From: an uncultured Coriobacteriales bacterium | Lineage (GTDB): Bacteria; Actinomycetota; Coriobacteriia; Coriobacteriales; UMGS124 | NCBI GenBank assembly: GCA_902464015.1 | Contig: CABQHM010000010.1 | Span: 345-64,344, forward strand | Length of the DNA stretch: 64,000 bases | Direction: 5' to 3' | In this document: positions 27,597 to 36,328 of the stretch, one piece after another | Position numbering within the stretch: position 1 is the first letter of the stretch | Layout: the number at the start of each line of letters is the position of its first letter | Made by a program: the position numbers and the translations under genes | Notes under the pieces: model-generated | Database searches by the model: none | What the model was told of the DNA's origin: nothing | Seen by the model: the letters and a program-made list of their open reading frames with translations, nothing else

Positions 27597-29201
27597 CTAG
27601 AGTGCCACGGTCTTCGTCGCCGCAAGGTCAACGAGCTGGGCGCGGGTGTTGACGCCCGCCTTCTCGTAGATGTGGGCCGTGTGCGTCTTCACCGTGTTGC
27701 GCGAGATGCCGAGCTTCTCGGCGATGGCGTCGGCGCTCTGGTGCTGCAACAGATACGGCAGGACCTCGGTCTCGCGCGGGGTGAGCGTGCCGAGCTCGGC
27801 GGCGATGGCATCGGCCTGCACCTGCGCAATGCGCGCCATGTCGGCGGGATTGCGCACGATGACGAACTGGTCGCGGGCACGCTGCTGCACGGTCACACCC
27901 AGGCTGAGCAGGGCACCGTAGAGCAGCGACACGGCAACGAGCACGATGGAAGTCGTGCCCAGACCCACCGTGCTCATGAGCACGCCGCCACCCAGGATGC
28001 CCACAAGCAGGGTAAACGAGCAGATGCAGACGACCCAGGCAGGGTTCTTGAGGCCCTCTTCACCCCGCCGGGCAAGCCCCAACAGCTCCACCATCGCACA
28101 CATAGCGAGGGCACTCGTGAGGCTGTCAGTCGCCTTACCGGCGATATGAGCGAGCGTCTGACCCACATCAGAGGGCATCGTTGTGGTGAGGATGAACACG
28201 AGGGCCGAGGTGCCCAACAATATCGGGAGCACCACATACGGCGCGTCGGGGTTGGCGCGCATCGAGAGAAAAAGCAGCGCGCACGCAAGCAGAGTGCCGC
28301 CCACGCCGGTCACAACCTGGCGATACACGTACTCTGCCTGGGCAAGACCGTCGTTGGAAAAGCCAATGAGACCCATGTAGAGCCCCAAGCCCAAAGAGCA
28401 GCACGCGACCTCAGTGAGATGGCTGCGCAACTGAGAAGGCCGCGCCGCGGGCGACTGCGCAGAAGAGGCCGTGCCCGCCGTCACACCAGCGACCACACCA
28501 GACTGCGAGCCGCACACAGCAAGGGCGCGCGCCTCGCACACGACGCCAAGAATCGGCAGGATGCAAACGAGCGCCGCGCACACATCAGCATTGAGCGCCC
28601 CAAAAAGCAGCTTGATGGCAGCACATGCTCCCAAACTTGCGCACGCCAATCCCAAAACCGTGGAACTGCGCGGCTCAACGGGCGCGTTGGCCACAAGTCG
28701 CGGCACCAAAAACCCGAAAGCCAGACCGCCGATGAGGCCACCCACCACCGTGAGCACCAGGCTCGAAGAGCCCAGCTTGACAAGGGCTGGCCCCACAAAA
28801 CAGCCCAGGGCACATGCGAGATTCAATATGTCAGCGTGAAGCGCTCCGCCAAAGGCGGGACGGATGCAACACAGCCCACCTGCCGCAGCTCCCTTACAAG
28901 AGGTGGCATCGCCCCTCGAAGCGCCATTTTCGCAGGCAACGTCTGCAGCAGAACGCCTACCGACAAAGGCAACCGCAAAGGCGGCGAGCGCCGTGCCCGC
29001 AAGGGCAGCAAGCCAACCCGCATCCCCACGCGGGTGGTTCAGGATGGAAATCGGCAGCGTGTAGACAGGACCGGGCGTCATGCGATACGCAAAGTCAAAC
29101 CAAAGAATGATGAGGGCCGCCTCCAGGCAGACCCAAAAAACAGGGAGCAACGGCAAGGTTTTGACCCGAGCCCACCCCTGTGTCTTATCTTTTTCCGCCA
29201 T
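27597..29201 (-). CDS. Membrane-anchored LuxR/GerE-family regulator
   Basis: Polytopic N-terminal region. C-terminal LTPRETEVLPYLLQHQSADAIAEKLGISRNTVKTHTAHIYEKAGVNTRAQL. Start taken at MAEKDKTQ (29201). Confidence 0.8.
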   Translation of the reverse strand: MAEKDKTQGWARVKTLPLLPVFWVCLEAALIILWFDFAYRMTPGPVYTLPISILNHPRGDAGWLAALAGTALAAFAVAFVGRRSAADVACENGASRGDATSCKGAAAGGLCCIRPAFGGALHADILNLACALGCFVGPALVKLGSSSLVLTVVGGLIGGLAFGFLVPRLVANAPVEPRSSTVLGLACASLGACAAIKLLFGALNADVCAALVCILPILGVVCEARALAVCGSQSGVVAGVTAGTASSAQSPAARPSQLRSHLTEVACCSLGLGLYMGLIGFSNDGLAQAEYVYRQVVTGVGGTLLACALLFLSMRANPDAPYVVLPILLGTSALVFILTTTMPSDVGQTLAHIAGKATDSLTSALAMCAMVELLGLARRGEEGLKNPAWVVCICSFTLLVGILGGGVLMSTVGLGTTSIVLVAVSLLYGALLSLGVTVQQRARDQFVIVRNPADMARIAQVQADAIAAELGTLTPRETEVLPYLLQHQSADAIAEKLGISRNTVKTHTAHIYEKAGVNTRAQLVDLAATKTVAL

Positions 29202-29296
29202 GGCGTTTCCCCCGTCGACGTCTGGGCACGTTTCGCACCGCACATCAGCACGCGGGGATGATACCACCGAAGTGAGAGAATCGCAGGTGGGACGCA

Positions 29297-29785
29297 TTAT
29301 GCCTCGGGGGAAACGTCAGGCGCCTCCCCAGCCTTCGCGGCATCGGCCTCACAGCGGGCCAGCGTGTAGGCGTAGTCCTCGCGGAAGCGGTTGAGCTCGT
29401 CTTCCAAGACAAGGGCATCGGCCTCAGACAGACGCGCGCGCGATGCCTCGGGGACACTGGCGAAGGGGCTGTGCTCGAGGTCGCGCTCAAAGCGCGCCTT
29501 CTCACCACGCAGGGCCAGGCGCTTCTCGTTTACCAGCTGCTCATAGAGCTTGGGATCGATGGCGTCGCGGTCGAACGTGCGAGACTCGAGCTGTTCGAGG
29601 TCGCCCTCGAGGTCGTCGACGCATGAGTACTTGGCAAGCACCTGCCCTGCAGCGCGATGCCTCTCCAACTTGGCCTGAATCTCCTGCATGCGCGGCATGC
29701 CGGCAAGCAGCGACTGCAGATGCCGCTCGTTAGCCGATTCCGCCTGGTATGCACCCGTCAGCTGGTCATTTGTCTCGTTACCCAT
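29297..29785 (-). CDS. Hypothetical acidic helical protein (about 163 aa), no recognised domain
   Basis: ORF between the flavoreductase and LuxR genes on the same strand. Start at MGNETNDQ. Glu/Arg/Leu/Ala-rich, no hydrophobic segment. Confidence 0.5.
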   Translation of the reverse strand: MGNETNDQLTGAYQAESANERHLQSLLAGMPRMQEIQAKLERHRAAGQVLAKYSCVDDLEGDLEQLESRTFDRDAIDPKLYEQLVNEKRLALRGEKARFERDLEHSPFASVPEASRARLSEADALVLEDELNRFREDYAYTLARCEADAAKAGEAPDVSPEA

Positions 29786-29916
29786 CGCGTCGCCCTTTCC
29801 CTTCGAACCCCAAAACCCCACAGCCCGCAGCCCATCGGCACGCGGGGATACAGAAAAACCGGCCACCCCGCACACTGTGTGCGACGGGGCGGCCGGCCGG
29901 AACCCAAAACGCTGTC

Positions 29917-32109
29917 TTACTTCGAGATCTCCTGGCCGGAGAGCTCCTTGCCCAGGACGCGGCCCAGGGTGAGGGCCATGCCGAGGCTGACGCCCTGGAT
30001 GGGCGTGGAGTAGTGGGTGCCGAAGCGACCGCCGGAGTTGTTGCCGGAAGCGTAGAGGCCCTCGATCGGGTTGAAGTTCTTGTCAAGGACACGCTGGTTG
30101 GCATCGATGACCAGACCGTTGAGGCTGACGGTGCCCAGGGCGGGCTTCTCCTGCACCTGGATCATACCGAAGAACGGGGGCTCGTCGATGGGGAGCAGGA
30201 CGCGCGGGTCGCGGCCGAAGTCGGTGTCCTTGCCAGCAGCGGCCATCTCGTTGTAACGGTCGATGGAAGCCTTGGCGGCAGCGGCCTCCTCGTCGGAGAG
30301 GCCCATGTACTCGAAGAGCTCCTCCCAAGTGTTGGCCGCGAAGTGGCAGGGCGTACCCGTGGACCACGTGGTCTCGCCAGCGCCACCGGCGGTCTCCTCG
30401 CCCTCGGCGCCGCGCTCGACCCAGTGGGCCAGCGTCTCGTCGAGCGAGTCGTCGCGACCGGCGCAGAAGTGCTCGGGCGCGGAGCGGGAAAGCAGGGTCT
30501 TGTACTTGGAGTCGAAGAAGGCGTAGAAGCGGCCGAACTTCCTGCGCTCCATCTGCTCGATGATGCCGAAGCAGCCCATGAACTCCTCGTCGCAGAAGCG
30601 CTGCATGTCGGAGTCAAGCCACAGGGCGAAGCGGTAGGTGCCCTGACGGATGAGCAGGTTCACGGAGTACTTGTCGGAGATGTACACGACCTCGGGCGAG
30701 ATGAGGGTGCGCTGGATCGGGTCCATGGAGCCGCCGGCCCACATGCCCATCTTGATGCCCGAGCCGTCGCGGCCAAAGCCGGCGGTGCGCATCTTGGAGA
30801 TGTCCAGGCCGTGAGCGTCGAACAGCTCGCGCTGGTTCTGCTGGAGCTCCTTGTACATGGCGTTGTTCGCGCCGTAGTCGCCAGCAGACAGGACGATGCT
30901 CTCGCCGGTGAAGCGGTGGTAGTTGCCGTCGGCGTCCTGAGCGATGACACCGGTCACGCGGGTGTGGGTCTCGGTGCCGTCGGAGATGACATCGACGCCG
31001 TCCTCGCCCACCTGCTCGATCTTGCAGGGAACCTCTTCCTCGGTGGTCTCAAGCACGATGCCCTTGTAGCCCCAGAACCACTGGGCGCCCAGGGACTCGG
31101 ACTTGGCGATGAGGGCCTTGCCGCCGCTCTCCTGAGCCATGTCGCCAGCGCCTGCACCCTCGCCGAAGCTACCGGCGTTCATGGGGTAGGTGATGGTGCC
31201 CTTCCAGCACTTGTAGCCGTTGATGTCGCCGCCGTTGGCGAAGTACTCGTCAGCGCAACCCTCGACAAGCTCAATCTTCGTGGAGGCAACAACGGACTCG
31301 GGGGAGTTCTCCATGAGCCAGTCGACCATCTCGCCGGAGTTGTCGACGAACTTCTTCACCAGGCAGGGGTTGGTGTAGCCAAGGGAGCGGCGCTGCCAGT
31401 CGGCGATGAACTCGGACTTGTCGATCTCGGGGCAGCCGGCGTCCATGCAGAACTTGGAGTTGACGGTACCGATCTGGTGCAGACCGTACCAGAACATGTT
31501 GTCCTCGTCCTGAGCCTCGAGCACAACGACCTTCTTGCCGCCCTCGGCAGCAGTCACGGCGCAGGCCAGGCCCGCGTTGCCGCCGCCAACGATGACGATG
31601 TCAGCCTCGGTGGTGTCGACGATGTCTGCCTCGTCAATCTCGGGTTTGTCGCCGAGCCACTCGGGCGTGGCAACGACATAGGCGGCCTCGGCCGGGAACT
31701 CGTAACCAGCCTGCTCCATGCAGTCCTTCACACCGGCAACGGTGACGTTGGTGCACAGCGTGGCGCCGGAGATGGCGTCGACGTAGGGGCTGTTGGCCTC
31801 GACGATGCGGTTGCACAGGTCGTCGATGTCCTCACGGAAGTTCTCGGAGTAGTCCTTGCGGCTCGTCTGCGTGACAGTGTAGGTCACCGAGGTGATGGCG
31901 TCCTCGGACAGCTCGCAGGTAATGTCCATCTCGGCAAAGCCGGTGGACTGCTTCGACACGTAGGTGCCGGGCGTGAACGCGAAGGGAGCGAGGTCTGCGG
32001 GGGCATCCTCGGCCTGGGCGGTGCTCACGCCGGTGGCGGTGATGCCGAGAGCGGCGCCGGCAAGAGCGGCGGTCTTCAGGAAGTCGCTGCGGGTGATGCT
32101 GGTGGACAT
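29917..32109 (-). CDS. FAD-dependent reductase with N-terminal FMN_bind domain and atypical Tat-like signal
   Basis: MSTSITRSDFLKTAALAGAALGITATGVSTAQA (RS instead of RR). FMN_bind with DAISGATLCTNV. IVIVGGGNAGLACA. C-terminal GLYASGNNSGG. Confidence 0.9.
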   Translation of the reverse strand: MSTSITRSDFLKTAALAGAALGITATGVSTAQAEDAPADLAPFAFTPGTYVSKQSTGFAEMDITCELSEDAITSVTYTVTQTSRKDYSENFREDIDDLCNRIVEANSPYVDAISGATLCTNVTVAGVKDCMEQAGYEFPAEAAYVVATPEWLGDKPEIDEADIVDTTEADIVIVGGGNAGLACAVTAAEGGKKVVVLEAQDEDNMFWYGLHQIGTVNSKFCMDAGCPEIDKSEFIADWQRRSLGYTNPCLVKKFVDNSGEMVDWLMENSPESVVASTKIELVEGCADEYFANGGDINGYKCWKGTITYPMNAGSFGEGAGAGDMAQESGGKALIAKSESLGAQWFWGYKGIVLETTEEEVPCKIEQVGEDGVDVISDGTETHTRVTGVIAQDADGNYHRFTGESIVLSAGDYGANNAMYKELQQNQRELFDAHGLDISKMRTAGFGRDGSGIKMGMWAGGSMDPIQRTLISPEVVYISDKYSVNLLIRQGTYRFALWLDSDMQRFCDEEFMGCFGIIEQMERRKFGRFYAFFDSKYKTLLSRSAPEHFCAGRDDSLDETLAHWVERGAEGEETAGGAGETTWSTGTPCHFAANTWEELFEYMGLSDEEAAAAKASIDRYNEMAAAGKDTDFGRDPRVLLPIDEPPFFGMIQVQEKPALGTVSLNGLVIDANQRVLDKNFNPIEGLYASGNNSGGRFGTHYSTPIQGVSLGMALTLGRVLGKELSGQEISK

Positions 32110-32636
32110 ATGTTTCCTTTCCAACACGGTTGTTTCCGAACCTGCGGGCACGGCCTCCTTGCCGGCTCGCCTTCCGTTCGGGCTGACCCCATCGTGGCCT
32201 GCCAACGTCTTCTTCACCATGCCGCGACGGGTATGAAATTTGCCGCTCCCAGGCTCATACCCAAAGAATGAGAGGGGTCACCTTGACACGTTGAGCTGGG
32301 GAAATGCTGATTTGAGAGAATCCGCCCCCAAAAAACGGGACTGCTAAGAAATCTCTTGCACTCAGTGAAGCGATAGACGAGCGAGCCCTTGGACGTTGCG
32401 CGGGGAATACCTTGGGAGGTGCGAAAAGGGCGCGTCGCGAGCCACCGCTCTTCTCAAACAGCAAGAAGCCTCACAAGCACCCGGGGCACAGGCCTCCAGG
32501 ACGCACAGCTCTCACACCGTCGATGTGCTCCGTGTTTTCCTTGGTGGCCCCGCGCCCATCCTTCCCACAAACACGCCGGGACGTGGTAGCATCATCGCCG
32601 TCGTTGAAGGCTTGAGCATGAGAGGACAGACGCACT

Positions 32637-34118
32637 ATGCGCATTGGATTCGACAGCCAGAAATACGTCGAACTGCAGGCCGCCCACATCCGCGAGCGTA
32701 TCGGCTCGTTCGGCGGCAAGCTCTACCTCGAGTTCGGCGGCAAGCTGTTCGATGACATGCACGCCTCGCGCGTCTTGCCTGGCTTTGCCCCTGACGAGAA
32801 GATCCGCATGCTGCAGAGCTTCAAGGACGATGTGGAGATCATCGTCGCCGTCAACGCCAACGACATCGAGAGCGGAAAGGTCCGCGGCGACCTCGGCATC
32901 ACCTACGACGAGGACGTCCTGCGCCTCATCGACATCTTCCAAGGCATGGGCTTCCTTGTGAGCGCCGTCGTCGTGACGCGCTACGCCGGCCAGCCCGCCG
33001 CCGACGTCTTCCGCGCGCGCCTCGACGCCATGGGCATGCGCTCCTACCGCCACTACCCCATCGCCGGCTACCCTGTGGACGTCGACTACGTGGTGAGCGA
33101 CGAGGGCTTCGGCAAGAACGACTACATCGAGACGACCCGCCCGCTCGTGGTCATGACCGCCCCCGGCCCCGGCTCGGGCAAGATGGCCACGTGCCTGTCG
33201 CAGATCTATCTCGACGCCAAGCACGGCATCAAGGCCGGCTACGCCAAGTACGAGACGTTCCCCGTGTGGAACCTGCCGCTCAAGCACCCCGTGAACCTCG
33301 CCTACGAGGCCGCCACGGCCGACCTGGACGACGCCAACATCATCGACCCCTTCCACCTGGAGGCCTACGGCAAGGTGGCGGTGAACTACAACCGCGACGT
33401 CGAGACGTTCCCCGTGCTCAAAGCCATGATGGAGCGCATCCTGGGCGCAAGCCCCTACCAGTCGCCCACGGACATGGGCGTCAACATGGCAGGCCTTGCC
33501 ATCTGCGACGACGAGGCCGTGTGCGACGCGGCCCGGATGGAGATCGTCCGTCGCTACTTCAGCGCGTGCGTGAACACAAAGCGCACCGGCTGCGGCGCCG
33601 ACCAGATAAGCAAGCTCAAGATGCTCATGAAGCAGGCCGGCGTCACGCCCGACCTCTCTCCCATCCGTGCGGCGGCCCTCGCCAAGGAGGAGGCCACCGG
33701 CAAGCCCGCCGGCGCCCTGATGCTGCCCAACGGCGAGGTCATCAGCGGCCGTACCTCCACGCGCCTCGGCGCCGCCTCGTCGCTTCTGCTCAACGCCCTC
33801 AAGTACCTGGCAGGCATCCCGGAGGAGACCTACATCATCAGCAACGAGGCCATCGACCCCATCTGCCACCTCAAGACCGAGCTGCTGCACAGCAAGAACC
33901 CGCGCCTGCACCCCGACGAGATGCTCATCGCCCTCTCGCTGAGCTCGGCCACCGAGCCCCTGGCCGCCCGCGCCATCGAGGCAGCCGAGCAACTGCGCGG
34001 CTGTGACGCGTTCTTCTCGGTTATCATCTCCTCCGCCGACGAGAAGCTCTACCGCACCCTCGGCATCAACGTGAGCTGCGAGGCCAAGTACGAGCGCACC
34101 AGCTACTACCACAAGTAG
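32637..34118 (+). CDS. DUF1846 (UPF0371) family protein
   Basis: MRIGFDSQKYVELQAAHIRERIGSFGGKLYLEFGGKLFDDMHASRVLPGF... and TAPGPGSGKMATCLSQIY, PVWNLPLKHPVNLAYEAATADL are hallmark blocks of this family. Confidence 0.9.
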   Translation: MRIGFDSQKYVELQAAHIRERIGSFGGKLYLEFGGKLFDDMHASRVLPGFAPDEKIRMLQSFKDDVEIIVAVNANDIESGKVRGDLGITYDEDVLRLIDIFQGMGFLVSAVVVTRYAGQPAADVFRARLDAMGMRSYRHYPIAGYPVDVDYVVSDEGFGKNDYIETTRPLVVMTAPGPGSGKMATCLSQIYLDAKHGIKAGYAKYETFPVWNLPLKHPVNLAYEAATADLDDANIIDPFHLEAYGKVAVNYNRDVETFPVLKAMMERILGASPYQSPTDMGVNMAGLAICDDEAVCDAARMEIVRRYFSACVNTKRTGCGADQISKLKMLMKQAGVTPDLSPIRAAALAKEEATGKPAGALMLPNGEVISGRTSTRLGAASSLLLNALKYLAGIPEETYIISNEAIDPICHLKTELLHSKNPRLHPDEMLIALSLSSATEPLAARAIEAAEQLRGCDAFFSVIISSADEKLYRTLGINVSCEAKYERTSYYHK

Positions 34119-34182
34119 GCACGCGAGTACTTGCCGGGCAAATCGCGCGCAAAGCGCAGGCCAGGCAGCTATAGTTCACCGA

Positions 34183-34219
34183 AAGGCGGGCGTCCCAAAC
34201 AGGGCGCCCGCCTTTTTTG
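34183..34219 (+). terminator. Rho-independent terminator after the DUF1846 gene
   Basis: aggcgggcg-N12-cgcccgcct followed by tttttt. Confidence 0.8.
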
Positions 34220-34259
34220 AGAACCAGCCTGAAGCGGCAGAGCCAAGCGCGCACCTCCT

Positions 34260-34381
34260 TGGTAGCAAGGCAAGCTGGGGGACCGCCTGCGCTGACGTAC
34301 TGGCAATCAAACGAGTTTCGGGACAGTTTTCCCAAACAGCCTGGCTCGAGTCTTACTACTCCCAAACTCAATTTCCTGCCA
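34260..34381. repeat. Compact copy of the 27-bp repeat family (two direct units at 41-bp spacing plus one inverted unit)
   Basis: tggcaatcaaacgagtttcgggacagt (34301-34327). Degenerate unit at 34260-34286. Inverted actactcccaaactcaatttcctgcca (34355-34381) matches 39864-39890 at about 22 of 27 positions. Confidence 0.65.
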
Positions 34382-34429
34382 GCAAGCCCAGTCGCAATGA
34401 AACGCCGCACCCGTCTCTTTTCGTCATTC

Positions 34430-36118
34430 CTACTCACGCACGATGCGCAGGATATCTTCGCGTGAGGTGACGTCGAGTTTGCGATAGATGTTGTGGATGT
34501 GCGTGCGCACCGTGTTGGGCGAAATGACCAGCTCTTCGCCGATGTACACGCCGTTGTGGCCGTGAGCGAGAAAACTCAGGACCTCGCGCTCGCGAGCGGT
34601 GAGGCCGTAGGTGCGCGCGAGCTCATCACAGCGAGCTTCAAGGCTCGCCTCACCGAGCAAGACATCGCTCGCATCGGGGGCAGGGGCATCCTCCAAGGTA
34701 GACACCGTCCTGAAGGCGACGGGGCCCCCGCCTCGACCATACCCGAGGTCTCCCGCACCCACGAACGCCTCATGGTCGGCCCGCAGGCCACGCCACAGGG
34801 CGTATACCACCATCCCGGCAGCATACAAGCCGCTCGTCACCACGATAAGCGTGCGCACCTGGGCTGGATCGGCGCCGATGTTGGCACACGCGACCTGGGT
34901 GAAGACGGTCACAAGGCAAAAGAACGCGACGCCCACGCATACCACGAGGTCGCTGGGGTATTCGGCGGCATGGGCCATGCCCACCAAGGTCGACAGCGTC
35001 AGAAGCGCTGCCACCGTGTACAGCACGAGCACAAAGATGAGTTCAAACGGCGACCCGCCCAAAAGCGACTCGCTGAAGTAGTTGAACACAAGCATCGCAA
35101 CCGAAAGCACGGGAATAAGACCGCGATACACCGCCCTCAGAAGCGGGGTAGACGGCGGAAGCAACATGCAGGCGAGCAGCAGCAGGGCAACAACTACCTG
35201 GATGACGACGTACTCGGAGTAATTCTCGAAGAAAAGTTCCCCGCGCACCGCCATGAGCATGGCGAATAGAGCAAGCCCCACCCCGGGGACGAAGGTCATC
35301 TCTAGAAAACTACGCAGGCGACCTGGAACGGCAGATGCGCCACGGACCCGCTCGGACGACATCGGGGGTTTGGAGGCAAGGGCGTTCTGGACCTGGTCGT
35401 CATACACATCCCGGGCCTGGTCGTCATGCACGCCATCGGTCTGGCCGCCATGCATCCCTTGGGCCTGGTCGTTATGCCTGTCCCGCGCCTTTTTTCCATA
35501 CTCCCCTGCCTCGACGGTAGGCGCGCCCGACTTCGCCCATGCATCGCCAAACGGCGCAAAGACAAACGGCAGAGCCGCGCAGGCAAGCGTACAGAGCACG
35601 AACAGCGCCACGGCGGCTGCCTCACCCACATGAAGCTGGACCCAACCCACAAGCGCCGCGAGCACAGCAGAAGCCGCGATGACACCGGTGGCCTGACGCA
35701 GGTTATAGCGAGCCAGGATGCGCCCCCAAGCAAGCAGCTCCCCCAGGCATCCAGCACCAACGCAGATGCCCACCGGCAAAAATGTCCACTCGGGCCACGC
35801 GCCGCCCAGGGCCATCGCGCAAAAGGACGCGTTGCCCGCCACAAACGCGAACGCAAAGAGCACACGCACGATCACATGGCTCAAAACCCTTCTCAGCCCC
35901 AGGCCCACCACGAGCGTCCCCGCAACGCCAGCAAGAACCCCCGAGCGAAGGGCATATCCCAGAATGCCAACGAAATCAGGCAGGTTCACAAAGCGTTGAA
36001 AGGGCATTGCCGCCGCCGAATAGAGGAGCAGCGTCGCGAGCAGGCAGGCAAAACCCGCCACCGAAACGGCGTCGACCCAACCCATGCGACCCATTGTCGT
36101 TTTGTTCCTCGTGATCAC
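34430..36118 (-). CDS. Membrane-anchored LuxR/GerE-family regulator
   Basis: 562 aa, polytopic. C-terminal LTAREREVLSFLAHGHNGVYIGEELVISPNTVRTHIHNIYRKLDVTSREDI. GTG start at 36118, or the ATG 8 or 11 codons downstream. Confidence 0.8.
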   Translation of the reverse strand: MITRNKTTMGRMGWVDAVSVAGFACLLATLLLYSAAAMPFQRFVNLPDFVGILGYALRSGVLAGVAGTLVVGLGLRRVLSHVIVRVLFAFAFVAGNASFCAMALGGAWPEWTFLPVGICVGAGCLGELLAWGRILARYNLRQATGVIAASAVLAALVGWVQLHVGEAAAVALFVLCTLACAALPFVFAPFGDAWAKSGAPTVEAGEYGKKARDRHNDQAQGMHGGQTDGVHDDQARDVYDDQVQNALASKPPMSSERVRGASAVPGRLRSFLEMTFVPGVGLALFAMLMAVRGELFFENYSEYVVIQVVVALLLLACMLLPPSTPLLRAVYRGLIPVLSVAMLVFNYFSESLLGGSPFELIFVLVLYTVAALLTLSTLVGMAHAAEYPSDLVVCVGVAFFCLVTVFTQVACANIGADPAQVRTLIVVTSGLYAAGMVVYALWRGLRADHEAFVGAGDLGYGRGGGPVAFRTVSTLEDAPAPDASDVLLGEASLEARCDELARTYGLTAREREVLSFLAHGHNGVYIGEELVISPNTVRTHIHNIYRKLDVTSREDILRIVRE

Positions 36119-36180
36119 CCGATACGCCCCCTATGACAAAGCTACCCTTGACAAGACCACTGAGCTGGAAGTTTGACCGT

Positions 36181-36260
36181 CTAAACGCTCTCTAAACGCC
36201 ATCTCAACGTTTTGTCTGATTCAGTTTACACCACGCGATGCCTAAGGTTTTGCCTAAACG
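36181..36260. promoter_or_regulatory. 11-bp-phased CTAAACG(C) repeats in the divergent LuxR/flavoreductase intergenic region
   Basis: ctaaacgc at 36181 and 36192, ctcaacg at 36203 (exact 11-bp period), and a further ctaaacg at 36254. Confidence 0.4.
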
Positions 36261-36328
36261 ACAGGAGAAGGCTGGCAAGGGGCCAGCCGCACTGCCGTTA
36301 CGAGCCGTCCCGAAGAAAGGATGTTCTC

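Noticed and set aside
27579-29261. 560-aa plus-strand ORF opposite the LuxR gene 27597-29201. A similar case is 50298-51761 opposite the COG0523 gene.
   Set aside because: The translation is highly basic (Arg/His/Lys/Gln runs) with no domains. The opposite strand encodes a recognisable protein.
29749-32271. 840-aa plus-strand ORF opposite the flavoreductase 29917-32109
   Set aside because: Antisense shadow ORF with no domain signatures. The real gene on the minus strand has FMN_bind and FAD motifs.
32592-34112. 506-aa minus-strand ORF opposite the DUF1846 gene
   Set aside because: The plus-strand product matches the DUF1846 hallmark blocks along its full length. The minus-strand translation is compositionally biased and featureless.
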